From the NCBI GenBank assembly GCA_963718375.1, contig CAVQZD010000004.1:258243-322242 (forward strand): 64,000 nt of DNA, in the 5' to 3' direction. The notes beneath the pieces were generated by a model. That model saw only the letters and a program-made list of their open reading frames with translations, was not told where the DNA came from and made no database searches. Shown here piece after piece: positions 18,396-27,175 of the stretch. The stretch's first letter is position 1. Each line of letters opens with the position of its first letter. The stretch comes from an uncultured Actinomycetes bacterium. Its GTDB lineage: Bacteria > Actinomycetota > Thermoleophilia > RBG-16-64-13. The translations under genes and the position numbers were made by a program.

Positions 18396-18851
18396 GTGAG
18401 GAGACTCTTGGTGATGCTGTCTCTGGCGGGAATGGTGGTGGCCGCCGTTGGCTGTGGGTCTGACGTTGACAAGGAAGACTTCGCGGACGTTTGGCGGGCC
18501 GCGGTTGAGCTTCAGGCCGCCACCACTGCGGGCGTCACCTATAACGACCTCGGGCCAATGGTGCAGGATCTTGTTGCCGAGATCGGACTGCTACCACAGG
18601 ACCTATCAGAAACGGAGCAAGACATCGCGCGAAAATTGGCCGACATCGCCCAAGCGTACGATGACAGCATGGCTTTGTGGGAGCAGACGCTCAAGTATGG
18701 CGACTCGCTCCCCTATGTCTTCGTGTTCGACGAATGGAGCGCGATTCTGGACCGGTATGGTGTGTCCTCCCGGGAGCAGGATGCCTTCTTGGAGGTCTGG
18801 GTTTGGGCCTCGGACAGCATCGACGAACTACGGCCTGCAATAGCGCCATAG
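18396..18851 (+). CDS. Prophage-encoded lipoprotein (candidate superinfection-exclusion / moron)
   Basis: Signal peptide plus lipobox (LSLAGMVVAAVGC|GSD), 151 aa, acidic. Lies between the repressor and the integrase. Confidence 0.55.
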   Translation: MRRLLVMLSLAGMVVAAVGCGSDVDKEDFADVWRAAVELQAATTAGVTYNDLGPMVQDLVAEIGLLPQDLSETEQDIARKLADIAQAYDDSMALWEQTLKYGDSLPYVFVFDEWSAILDRYGVSSREQDAFLEVWVWASDSIDELRPAIAP

Positions 18852-18864
18852 CTTACTCACGAGA

Positions 18865-20391
18865 GTGACCCACGTAGTAGCCTATTTGCGGCAATCTGAC
18901 GAAGAGGGCTACCGCCGCGATCTGTCCTGCCCACTCCAGCAGCAGACCTTCCTAGCCGATGTGGAGCGTCGCCGCGAGGCCGGGGAGACCATCACCTACG
19001 AGATAGCCCCTTTGGACGAGGGCCGGTCTGGTGGTGAGTTCGAGCGCCCGGGGCTCCAGTGGCTGCTCGCCAACCTGGACCGCTTCCAGGAGGTGTGGAC
19101 CTACGACCACGACCGACTGGCGCGTCACGAGTTCTATGGTCCGCTCATCATGTGGGAGCTGCGCAGCCGGGGAGTGAAGCTCTGGTGCTCGACCGGAGGC
19201 TCAGACGAAGAGACCCCTATGGGCAGATTCATGACGGACCTACGCCTGCGCTTCGGCGCCCTCTACCGGGAGCAGGTGTCAGACCGCACCAAGCGGAACC
19301 GCGACCAAAGGCTAAAGTCCGGACTCTGGAGCGGGCACGCTCCGACCGGGTACATCTACGCAGACGAAGACGGGCCGGGGTCCAAACGTTTGCTCGTGCC
19401 GGACCCACAGGCAGCGGATAAGGTGCGCGCCATCTTTCGGGCTCTAGCAGAGGGGAAGAGTCAGCGGCAGGCTTGCCGAGAGCTGGGCCTGAATCAGACC
19501 ACGGTCATCTATCAGAAGGACAACCCGCTCTACATCGGCCTGGTCTACAAGCACAGGCAGCACCTCGAGACGACGCCAGAGCGCACCTACAATGTCCTGT
19601 GGGCGCTCGCGGCTGATGAGGCGGTGGACTGGATATACCCAGGACGGCATGAGGCTCTGGTGGACGCGGGCACCTGGGACGCCGTGGAGTTGCGCCGGCA
19701 GTCCAGCCCCAAGAACCGCGTCAGCACCACCTACGGGCTCTCTGGGCGGTTTCGGTGTGCGGAGTGTGGCGGGGCGCTGAGGATCTCGCGCAAGCAGGGC
19801 AAGCGCAACCACTCGCTCCGCTGCGAGCGGTGCAAGTGGGAGCGGTCATACGGTTATGCAGAACAGGCGGTGTTCGCGGCCATGACCGTCATCACTGAGT
19901 CCAAGGAGTTTGAGGCTGCGGTAGAGGCAGAGTTGACCAAGGACCATCCGGCGGCGCCTGACCGCGTGGCCCAGCTGAGAGCCGAGAAGACTCGTGTCGA
20001 TAGAAAGCTCGACCGCGCCCTGGATCTCCTGATGGAGGATGACGACCTATCCGGTGGCCTGCGCAAGCGTGCCGTGGCAATCAAGGCGCAGAGCGACGGC
20101 TTAGAGCGGGAGATCGTCAAGGAGGCGGCGAAGCTCCCAGCCCGGCCGTCTACCGTGGCGGAGTGGCGCTTCACCAAAGCGCGCTTGCTGAGTCTACCGA
20201 TAGAGGATGTGTGGCGGGAGGCTACAGCGGAGGAGCAGCGGGAGCTACTCGCGGGCGTGTTCTCGGCCATCAGAGCGACCCCCAGGGAGATCACGTTTGA
20301 AGTCCGTGGTCTCGGTGTAGCCTTCTCTCTGCCCTGGCATGTGGCCCATCAAGAGGTGGCGGGACCCGGATTTGAACCGGGGACACCATGA
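18865..20391 (+). CDS. Large serine recombinase (phage integrase)
   Basis: 508 aa. Resolvase catalytic domain (AYLRQSDEEG with Ser nucleophile; GLQWLLANLD...DHDRLARH), recombinase domain, zinc ribbon (CAECGGAL...CERCKWE) and coiled-coil. C-terminus overlaps tRNA-Phe. Confidence 0.8.
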   Translation: MTHVVAYLRQSDEEGYRRDLSCPLQQQTFLADVERRREAGETITYEIAPLDEGRSGGEFERPGLQWLLANLDRFQEVWTYDHDRLARHEFYGPLIMWELRSRGVKLWCSTGGSDEETPMGRFMTDLRLRFGALYREQVSDRTKRNRDQRLKSGLWSGHAPTGYIYADEDGPGSKRLLVPDPQAADKVRAIFRALAEGKSQRQACRELGLNQTTVIYQKDNPLYIGLVYKHRQHLETTPERTYNVLWALAADEAVDWIYPGRHEALVDAGTWDAVELRRQSSPKNRVSTTYGLSGRFRCAECGGALRISRKQGKRNHSLRCERCKWERSYGYAEQAVFAAMTVITESKEFEAAVEAELTKDHPAAPDRVAQLRAEKTRVDRKLDRALDLLMEDDDLSGGLRKRAVAIKAQSDGLEREIVKEAAKLPARPSTVAEWRFTKARLLSLPIEDVWREATAEEQRELLAGVFSAIRATPREITFEVRGLGVAFSLPWHVAHQEVAGPGFEPGTP

Positions 20392-20429
20392 TTTTCAGTC
20401 ATGTGCTCTACCAACTGAGCTATCCCGCC
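20355..20429 (-). tRNA. tRNA-Phe (GAA)
   Basis: Reverse complement folds as a cloverleaf: GGCGGGATAGCTCAGTTGGTAGAGCAC-ATGA-CTGAAAA-TCAT-...GGTTCAAATCC...; anticodon GAA. Confidence 0.8.
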
Positions 20430-20476
20430 ACGCGCCGAGCAGCCGCCGGATCGATGACCCAAGCGGCATACCCCGA

Positions 20477-20552
<76 letters not shown>

Positions 20553-20610
20553 GCGAAACAGCTTGCGAGATTATCGCACGTCAGCGACGCCATACAAGCG
20601 TCTCTTGCCA

Positions 20611-20683
20611 GTGGGCGCAGCAGGATTTGAACCTGCGACCCCCTGCTTGTAAGGCAGGTGCTCTCCCGCTGAGCTATGCGCCC
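20611..20683 (-). tRNA. tRNA-Val (TAC)
   Basis: Reverse complement GGGCGCATAGCTCAGCGGGAGAGCACCTGCCTTACAAGCAGG...GGTTCAAATCC; anticodon TAC. Confidence 0.8.
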
Positions 20684-20709
20684 GACATCGCCCGTCAAAC
20701 TAAGCGACA

Positions 20710-20782
20710 TGCCCCCAGGGGAATTCGAATCCCCGCCGCCGCCTTGAAAGGGCGGTGTCCTAGGCCACTAGACGATGGGGGC
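20710..20782 (-). tRNA. tRNA-Glu (TTC)
   Basis: Reverse complement GCCCCCATCGTCTAGTGGCCTAGGACACCGCCCTTTCAAGGCGG...GGATTCGAATCC; anticodon TTC. Confidence 0.8.
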
Positions 20783-20973
20783 GGTTCTGGCGCTGATGAG
20801 CCATCACCCGATGCTCTTCCGGCACGGCGCGCGGCTCACAGCCGAGAGATGCTAACACGAAAGGGCGCGACACGGTAGAAGCCGTCGCGCGGCCCGGCTG
20901 CGTGCCAGACTCGCCGGCCCGCAGCCCCTTCAAACGTGGCTCGCCGATTCACGGTGTGCTACGCTCGCGGCCT

Positions 20974-22101
20974 ATGAAGATCTCCCCTCGTAGCAGCGTG
21001 GTGATCGACCTAGCAGCGGTCCGCCACAACGTCACCCACCTACGGTCGCTCCTGCCACCCGGCTGTCGCATGCTCGTGGCCGTGAAGGCGGACGGATACG
21101 GCCACGGCACCTTGCCTGTGGCCCAGGCCGCCGTGGCGGCTGGTGTTGACGGCATGGCGGTGGCGACCGCCGAAGAGGCGGTCACTCTCCGCGATGCGGG
21201 CTTCGGGGATGCGATCCTTGTCATGGGCCCCCTCTACAGCTTCGACCAGTATCTGGAGCTGGCGGAGAGGGGCGTGGACTTCGCTGTGCTCAGCCAAGAG
21301 ATGGCGGCACTGCTGCCCAGACTACGCGGCACCGGGCTCAAAGCTCGCGTTCATCTCAAGGTCGACAGCGGCATGAACCGCCAGGGCCTGTACCCCACTG
21401 AGGTGGGCGCTTTTCTGGATTCGATCCAGGGGATCCACGAGATCGAACTGATAGGCATCATGACTCACTTCGCGTGTGTGACTGAAGACCCGTCCACGAT
21501 CGACTTTCAGCTCGGCAGGTTCATGCCCGCGGTCGAGCAGGTGCGCGATCGATACCCGGGCGTAATCGCTCACGCGGCCAACAGCGCCGCCACCATGTAC
21601 GCTTCGCAAGCTCATCTGGACATGGTGAGATGCGGCTGCGCAGTGTACGGACTTTCGCCCTGGCAAGAGGACCCTATCGCCGACGGACTACTCCCGGTGC
21701 TCACCTGGAGGTCCCAAGTCGCTCTGATCAAGCGTGTGGACTCACAAGAAGGCGTGGGCTACGGTCACACCTTCCGACCGCCGACGCCTACCCACGTCGC
21801 CCTAGTTCCGTTGGGCTACGGAGACGGTGTTCCCAGGGCCCTCAGCAACAACGGCGAAGTCCTCATCAAGGGTAGACGCTACCCCATCGTGGGACGCGTC
21901 TCCATGGATTCCTTCGGTGTGGACGTCGGCACTCAGGGGGAGGTCGAAGTCGGTGACACCGTGACCTTGATCGGCAGCGACGGCGACGATCGTATCACCG
22001 CGGAGGAAGTCGCCCGGCGAGTGGGAACCATCAACTACGAGATCACCTGCGCCATCGCGCTGGACCGCTCCGAACGAGTGTTCATCAACGGAGAGGTCTA
22101 A
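20974..22101 (+). CDS. alr: Alanine racemase
   Basis: PLP-lysine motif (VAVKADGYGHG) and full-length Alr architecture. Start taken as MKISPRSS at 20974; the track ORF begins 24 codons earlier. Confidence 0.85.
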   Translation: MKISPRSSVVIDLAAVRHNVTHLRSLLPPGCRMLVAVKADGYGHGTLPVAQAAVAAGVDGMAVATAEEAVTLRDAGFGDAILVMGPLYSFDQYLELAERGVDFAVLSQEMAALLPRLRGTGLKARVHLKVDSGMNRQGLYPTEVGAFLDSIQGIHEIELIGIMTHFACVTEDPSTIDFQLGRFMPAVEQVRDRYPGVIAHAANSAATMYASQAHLDMVRCGCAVYGLSPWQEDPIADGLLPVLTWRSQVALIKRVDSQEGVGYGHTFRPPTPTHVALVPLGYGDGVPRALSNNGEVLIKGRRYPIVGRVSMDSFGVDVGTQGEVEVGDTVTLIGSDGDDRITAEEVARRVGTINYEITCAIALDRSERVFINGEV

Positions 22102-22116
22102 ATCGACCCACCTGGC

Positions 22117-22320
22117 TCACCAGGGTTTGAGGATCGCGTGACACTCCGGACAGTACGCTTCGTGCGGTTCGATCCGAGATCCACAGTCGGGACAGTAGAG
22201 CCCCTTGTCTTTGCCGCGGTGATGATGCCCCGACCCCGCCGTATCTGACCCGTCAGGGGCCTGCTCTGCTTCCTCATCCTTGGCGGACCTCCACCACGCC
22301 CATCTCCATCCGGACATGAA
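22117..22320 (-). CDS. Small zinc-ribbon protein
   Basis: ~67 aa from MSGWRWAWW...; C-terminal CPDCG...CPEC. The upstream part of the 163-aa track ORF overlaps the next gene and is probably not coding. Confidence 0.4.
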   Translation of the reverse strand, partial: FMSGWRWAWWRSAKDEEAEQAPDGSDTAGSGHHHRGKDKGLYCPDCGSRIEPHEAYCPECHAILKPW

Positions 22321-22418
22321 CCTACCTCCCGGTGTGTAGCACGAACGGTTCCTCCAAACGGATACCCCCGCCATCTCCACGCCAAACGGCGGAGGGCGAT
22401 GCCCTGGCTGATCGGTCC

Positions 22419-23129
22419 CTAAGGCCGTGCCACCGACCTTCCGCAAGTACTGCAGAAGAGTGCGGTGGGCCTGTTGGCCGCACCGCAGTACGGACAACCG
22501 GCCTGTCCTGTCGTCGACGTCTCCAGTTGGTCGACCGACGCCTGGACTTCTAGACGCTCTCCGCAGGAGCGGCAATACGTGTCGCCGGGCTGCGCGAGCG
22601 CTCCGCACGAGGAGCAGGTCTGCCTGGGCGGCTGGAGCGCGAGAGTCTGCGTCCCCGAAGAGGCGTCCGAGGCAAGCGACTGACCGTAGCTACGCGGAGA
22701 CGGCGACAAGGCCCAGCCCGCAGGTGGCTGCGTCTGCGCCAACTGCCGCGCCAGCTCCGACGTCTTGGCCCAGTAGATGATCCAGCAGACGAGCATCGGT
22801 ATGAAAGTGAGCAGACCCGATACGATGGCAAGGATCGCGAAGGCCAGTCCCACGCCGAACCCGAAGTCGCCCTGCGGAGACCACCCGCGGCTCTTGAACT
22901 CCGCGCGCACAGAGTCCCTCACCCTCATAACGGTGATGATCATCCACGCATACCCGAACAACGGGATGAGGTTCAGCCACACGTAGTCGGGCTGCATCGT
23001 CCGATTTTGAGGACTGACCTGCCGCAGCAGGTTGCGGAGGTTGAGCAAGAAGAAGACCGTGGCCAGTATCACCACGCAGATCAACGGCAGCCCCACCACC
23101 AAGAAGACGACCGTGTCGATGCCGTTCAT
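22419..23129 (-). CDS. Membrane protein with C-terminal double zinc-ribbon (paralog A)
   Basis: 236 aa. TM segments and conserved QNRTMQPxxVWLNxIPLF...RDSVRAEFK core, Gln/Pro-rich linker, C-terminal CSSCG...CRSCG and CPYCG...CSTCG. Confidence 0.55.
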   Translation of the reverse strand: MNGIDTVVFLVVGLPLICVVILATVFFLLNLRNLLRQVSPQNRTMQPDYVWLNLIPLFGYAWMIITVMRVRDSVRAEFKSRGWSPQGDFGFGVGLAFAILAIVSGLLTFIPMLVCWIIYWAKTSELARQLAQTQPPAGWALSPSPRSYGQSLASDASSGTQTLALQPPRQTCSSCGALAQPGDTYCRSCGERLEVQASVDQLETSTTGQAGCPYCGAANRPTALFCSTCGRSVARP

Positions 23130-23157
23130 TCAGCCTCCCGAGCGCCGAAGGTTTGAA

Positions 23158-23979
23158 TCAGACAACGGACCTGCCGCACGACCAGCAGTAACCGGCACCC
23201 TGCCGGTAGGCGGCACCGCAATGCGGGCAGATCAGGGCGGCAGGCTTTGGCGCCTCCGCCGGTGTCTGCGCGCTCGCGCCGGGCTGGCCGGACGATGGTT
23301 GCGGGGGCTGTGCCGGCCCGGTGGGCTGCTGCCCGCTCAGCCAAGCGCCTGACTGGGCCCGGGGATGTTGACCCACTTGCGACGGGCTCGCCGGTGGCGG
23401 ATGCGAAGGCGATTCCCAGGGTGGAGCTTGGTAAGTGGGCTGGTTCGGTAGCGCAGGCGAACCCGCCACTGGAACAGCAGTAGAAAGCAGATTCCTGAGC
23501 TGAGCCGCACGTGACCAATAGATGATCCAGCAGATGAAGCTCGTCAAGCCTACGATCCCGCCGACTGCGGTCAGCAACAACAGGGTCGATTCGTCCATCG
23601 ACTCCGGAAGAGGTGCGGTGAACCCGGACAGCGCGCTGGTCACCGCGTATGTGATCCCCACACCGAACCCAAAGTCTCCATCTGGCCGTAGGCCTCGGTA
23701 CTTGAACTCCGCCCTCACTGAGTCCCTGATCTTGATCACAGTGACGAAGATCCAGGCGATATTGAACAGAGGGATGAAGTTCAACCAGACGTGTCCCGGC
23801 TGCATCGTGCGGTTCTGCTCGTTGACTCCGCGAAGCAGGTCCCTGAGCGTGCGCAGGAAGCGATAGTAGATGTAGACGGCGACTGCCGCGATGGCCAACG
23901 CAAACAGAAGTACAAAGGCGGACAAGTCCCCTCCGGTCTCTCTAGCGGTACGCCCCCGCGCGGGGGCCTTGCACATCAA
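23158..23979 (-). CDS. Membrane protein with C-terminal zinc-ribbon (paralog B)
   Basis: 273 aa. Same conserved core as paralog A (NEQNRTMQPGHVWLNFIPLF...IRDSVRAEFKYRG), longer Pro/Gln-rich linker, C-terminal CPHCG...CWSCG. Confidence 0.55.
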   Translation of the reverse strand: MMCKAPARGRTARETGGDLSAFVLLFALAIAAVAVYIYYRFLRTLRDLLRGVNEQNRTMQPGHVWLNFIPLFNIAWIFVTVIKIRDSVRAEFKYRGLRPDGDFGFGVGITYAVTSALSGFTAPLPESMDESTLLLLTAVGGIVGLTSFICWIIYWSRAAQLRNLLSTAVPVAGSPALPNQPTYQAPPWESPSHPPPASPSQVGQHPRAQSGAWLSGQQPTGPAQPPQPSSGQPGASAQTPAEAPKPAALICPHCGAAYRQGAGYCWSCGRSVV

Positions 23980-24028
23980 CTGGGCGCGGCGGCGCGGATG
24001 CGCCGCCGCGCCCCAAAAGAGGTCTGTC

Positions 24029-25495
24029 TTACTTGACCGCTTCCACTGCTTTGTCGCGAGCGGCCTCTAGCATCTTGATATCCGGGGCCTTGATGAAGCC
24101 CTTCTCTTGCATGAGGTCGATCGCGGCCCGTGCTTCTTTGACATCGGCGAGCGTGGTGTTGTAGACCTCGTCCCAGGTGAGCTCTATGCGGGCCACGCCA
24201 TCCTTGATGGCCTGCATTGCCGTGTCGGCGGCCTCCACCGCGAAGACTTCGGTCTCCTGCATGGTGGGCATGATGTAGTCGGGGCTGATGCCCTTCTTCT
24301 CGGCGAAGCCGGCCACCGCATGGGCGGCGGCGATCGCCATCTCGTCGGTGATCTTGCGTGCCCGCACCATGAGGGCGCCCTTGAGGATGCCGGGGAAGCC
24401 CATGGAATTGTTCACTTGGTTGGGGAAGTCGCCACGGCCCGTGGCCACCACGTAGGCGCCTGCTTCTTTGGCGGCGTACGGGTAGATCTCGGGCACCGGG
24501 TTGGCGCACGCGAAGACGATGGCCTTGTCGGCCATGGTCTTGATCCACTCGGGCTTGATGGAGCCGGGTTGCGAGGCCCCTATGACCACGTCAGCGCCCT
24601 TGAAGGCCTCAGCCTCGCTGTCGATCTTCTTGGGGTTGGTCTGCTCGCAGAGTTCCCACTTGCGGTAGTAGGCCTTATCGGCCTTCACGTCGTCGCGACC
24701 CGTATGCAGGCCGCCCTTGCTGTCGAAGACGATCATCTTGGCGGGGTCGGCCCCGTCAGCCAGTATCAGGCGGGCGATGGTGCTGTTGGCCGCGCCGGCG
24801 CCTATGAGTACGATCTTGGCGTCCTTGAGCTCTTTGCCCACCACCTTGAGGGCGTTGATGAGGCCAGCCAGGGTGACGCTGGCCGTGCCCTGGGCATCGT
24901 CGTGCCACACCGGGATGTCGCACTCTTCGCGCAAGGTGTCGAGCACCTTGAAGCAGTTGGGCTGGCTGATGTCCTCGAGGTTGACGGCACCCACGCTGGG
25001 CTCGAGCATCTTGACGAACTCGATTATCTTGTCGGCGTCGTGCTTGCCCTCTTTGTTGTAGCTGTTCACGCAAAGAGCGATGCCGTCCACGCCGCCCAAG
25101 TACTTCATTAGGAAGGCCTTGCCCTCCATGACGCCGAGGCCGCCGGGAGGGGTCACGTCGCCGTCACCGAGCACCCGAGTGGAGTCAGAGACCACCGCGA
25201 CCAGGTTGCCCCGGTTGCTGAGGTCGAACGAAGCATCCTGGTTGTCACGGATGCTCGTGCTGACCATAGACACGCCGGGCGTGTAGTAAACGTTGAACCA
25301 GTTGAAGCCGTAGATGCCGGCTTTGGGCATGCTCACGATCTTGCCCCGGTAGTACTTGTGGATCGAACCGGCAAGTTCTTTCAGAAAGATGGTCTGAGCC
25401 TTGGCCTTCTGCTCGGGTGTGAAATCATCAGGAAAGTACGAGCTGAGATCGGACAGGCTGAGATCAGGGTTCTTCATCTTCTTCGCTCCAGTCAT
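24029..25495 (-). CDS. NAD(P)-dependent malic enzyme
   Basis: 488 aa. Malic-enzyme motif (VWHDDAQGTASVTLAGL) and GAGAA dinucleotide-binding region. Confidence 0.85.
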   Translation of the reverse strand: MTGAKKMKNPDLSLSDLSSYFPDDFTPEQKAKAQTIFLKELAGSIHKYYRGKIVSMPKAGIYGFNWFNVYYTPGVSMVSTSIRDNQDASFDLSNRGNLVAVVSDSTRVLGDGDVTPPGGLGVMEGKAFLMKYLGGVDGIALCVNSYNKEGKHDADKIIEFVKMLEPSVGAVNLEDISQPNCFKVLDTLREECDIPVWHDDAQGTASVTLAGLINALKVVGKELKDAKIVLIGAGAANSTIARLILADGADPAKMIVFDSKGGLHTGRDDVKADKAYYRKWELCEQTNPKKIDSEAEAFKGADVVIGASQPGSIKPEWIKTMADKAIVFACANPVPEIYPYAAKEAGAYVVATGRGDFPNQVNNSMGFPGILKGALMVRARKITDEMAIAAAHAVAGFAEKKGISPDYIMPTMQETEVFAVEAADTAMQAIKDGVARIELTWDEVYNTTLADVKEARAAIDLMQEKGFIKAPDIKMLEAARDKAVEAVK

Positions 25496-25613
25496 CGCTT
25501 TCGGGGTGAAGGCACCGGCTCAGTGCGCCGATGAGCGTTGCCGGGCACAATCATATCATCGGTCTTGTTCGGCCCGGGGACCGTGCCCACGCGGGCGCGG
25601 CGGCAGAAGGAGC

Positions 25614-26780
25614 CTAGTGGCTGGGCTGCTGTTGTGCTTGCGCTTCGGTGGTGAGTCCCAATGCGACCATCAAGCGCTCAGCAGCGGATCCACCGAGCGG
25701 CTCGTGAAAGAGGTCGCGCACCTTGCGGCGTTGCGTGGCGTGGGCGTCCTCCCCCTTCAGGATACCCGCGAGAGCTTCGGTTAGACCCGCGGGGTCTTCC
25801 ACGACCGGACCAGCCAGATAGTCCAGGATCGGCTCGATCGAATAGCCGCGTTCGTGACCGTAGGTCTCGATGTCGGGAAAGTGGTGAACGATGGGACGGT
25901 CGAGGATCAGGTAGTCCACATAGGCGCTCGATACGTCGGTCACAAGTGCACATGATTCACCAAGGAGTTCGTGCAGGGTGAAGCCTTGCTCGAGCAGCCA
26001 CTCGTCGCTCAGATAGCGGATGCGGCTGAGTTCGGGGGTCTCTTCCGGCTCTGCCAGTGGATGCCGCTTCACGACCAAGAGAGCGTTGTTCTTCTCGAGC
26101 ATGTCGTTCACCTTCTCCAGCCCCGGCGCGGTCAGCCCCAAGACATGGGAGCAGTGCGTTCGCACGCTGCCCCTATTCATCCCATACCTGTAGGTGGGAA
26201 GCCACGAGATCATCTTGGCTCCGGACCCAGAGGGATACCCCAGTCGCGTCATGACCCCCCTATCCCCCAGAGTCAGGCGATCGTTACGGGGAAGACCCGT
26301 GATGAAGGTCTTGACGGCGGGGCGCAGGGACTCTTGCACTACCTCGCCCCAGAAAGGGGATGTGGCCAACGCGTACTTGACCACGGGTAGGTCGGGGCCC
26401 GAGTCTCCGAACAGCCAGCCCACCACCTTCACCGGCATGCCGTGCCACACGTTGACGGACTCGACGGAATCCGGGCAGCGTCGCACCGCCCACGAATGGG
26501 TGAAGAAGACGTACTTGGCGGTCATCGCGTGCCACACGCCGCGGAGCGTCCGCTTAGCTATGGTCAGGGTCTCGGGCGACAAGTCCGAGTACTTCGAACG
26601 CGCTCTGGCTCCCTTGCGTGACCAGCACAGGATCACGACCTTCTTCAGACCCGCCTCGCGCAGAACCTTCTCGAGCGCCAAGACATCATCGCAATAGTCG
26701 GGCTGGCCGTTCAGTACAGCGATGCGACGCTTCGGCGTCACGTCATATACCATCTGTACCAGCCACTTTGATAGGTTCAA
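25614..26780 (-). CDS. CDP-glycerol glycerophosphotransferase (TagB/TagF family)
   Basis: 388 aa with a C-terminal TagF-type catalytic region; 4-nt overlap with the upstream tagD homolog. Confidence 0.7.
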   Translation of the reverse strand: MNLSKWLVQMVYDVTPKRRIAVLNGQPDYCDDVLALEKVLREAGLKKVVILCWSRKGARARSKYSDLSPETLTIAKRTLRGVWHAMTAKYVFFTHSWAVRRCPDSVESVNVWHGMPVKVVGWLFGDSGPDLPVVKYALATSPFWGEVVQESLRPAVKTFITGLPRNDRLTLGDRGVMTRLGYPSGSGAKMISWLPTYRYGMNRGSVRTHCSHVLGLTAPGLEKVNDMLEKNNALLVVKRHPLAEPEETPELSRIRYLSDEWLLEQGFTLHELLGESCALVTDVSSAYVDYLILDRPIVHHFPDIETYGHERGYSIEPILDYLAGPVVEDPAGLTEALAGILKGEDAHATQRRKVRDLFHEPLGGSAAERLMVALGLTTEAQAQQQPSH

Positions 26781-27175
26781 CTCTCGCCACCCAACTCCGT
26801 CTTGATATGTGTCGTGGAGATGCAGGGGGTCCTGGGAAGATAGACTACCTCGCAGTACTCACGAAGCGAATCGAACTTGCCTTCCCAATCGTCTCCCATC
26901 ACCAGAACATCCACGCCGTAGCGTTCGATGTCGTCGACCTTCTGCTCCCAGGAGTCCTCTGGTATCACCACGTCCACATACCTGACCGCGGACAAGATCA
27001 GGAACCTGTCCTCATAAGGATAGACGCACTCCTTGTTCTTGACGCGATTGAACTCGTCGGTCGAAAGGCCGACGATGAGACGATCCCCCAGTTGCCTGGC
27101 TCGCTCGAGGAGCCGGACGTGGCCCTTGTGAAACAAGTCGTAGGTACCATACGTTAGGACTGTCTTGTGGCGCAT
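26777..27175 (-). CDS. tagD: Glycerol-3-phosphate cytidylyltransferase
   Basis: 132 aa. Cytidylyltransferase signature (TYGTYDLFHKGHVRLL...RYVDVV). Very close to characterised TagD/GCT in length and motifs. Confidence 0.85.
   Translation of the reverse strand: MRHKTVLTYGTYDLFHKGHVRLLERARQLGDRLIVGLSTDEFNRVKNKECVYPYEDRFLILSAVRYVDVVIPEDSWEQKVDDIERYGVDVLVMGDDWEGKFDSLREYCEVVYLPRTPCISTTHIKTELGGES

Noticed and set aside
18865-20391. Integrase considered as a tyrosine recombinase because it abuts a tRNA
   Set aside because: The sequence has the serine-recombinase catalytic domain (YLRQSDEEG..., DRLAR), a recombinase domain and a zinc ribbon. There is no R-H-R-Y tyrosine recombinase signature.
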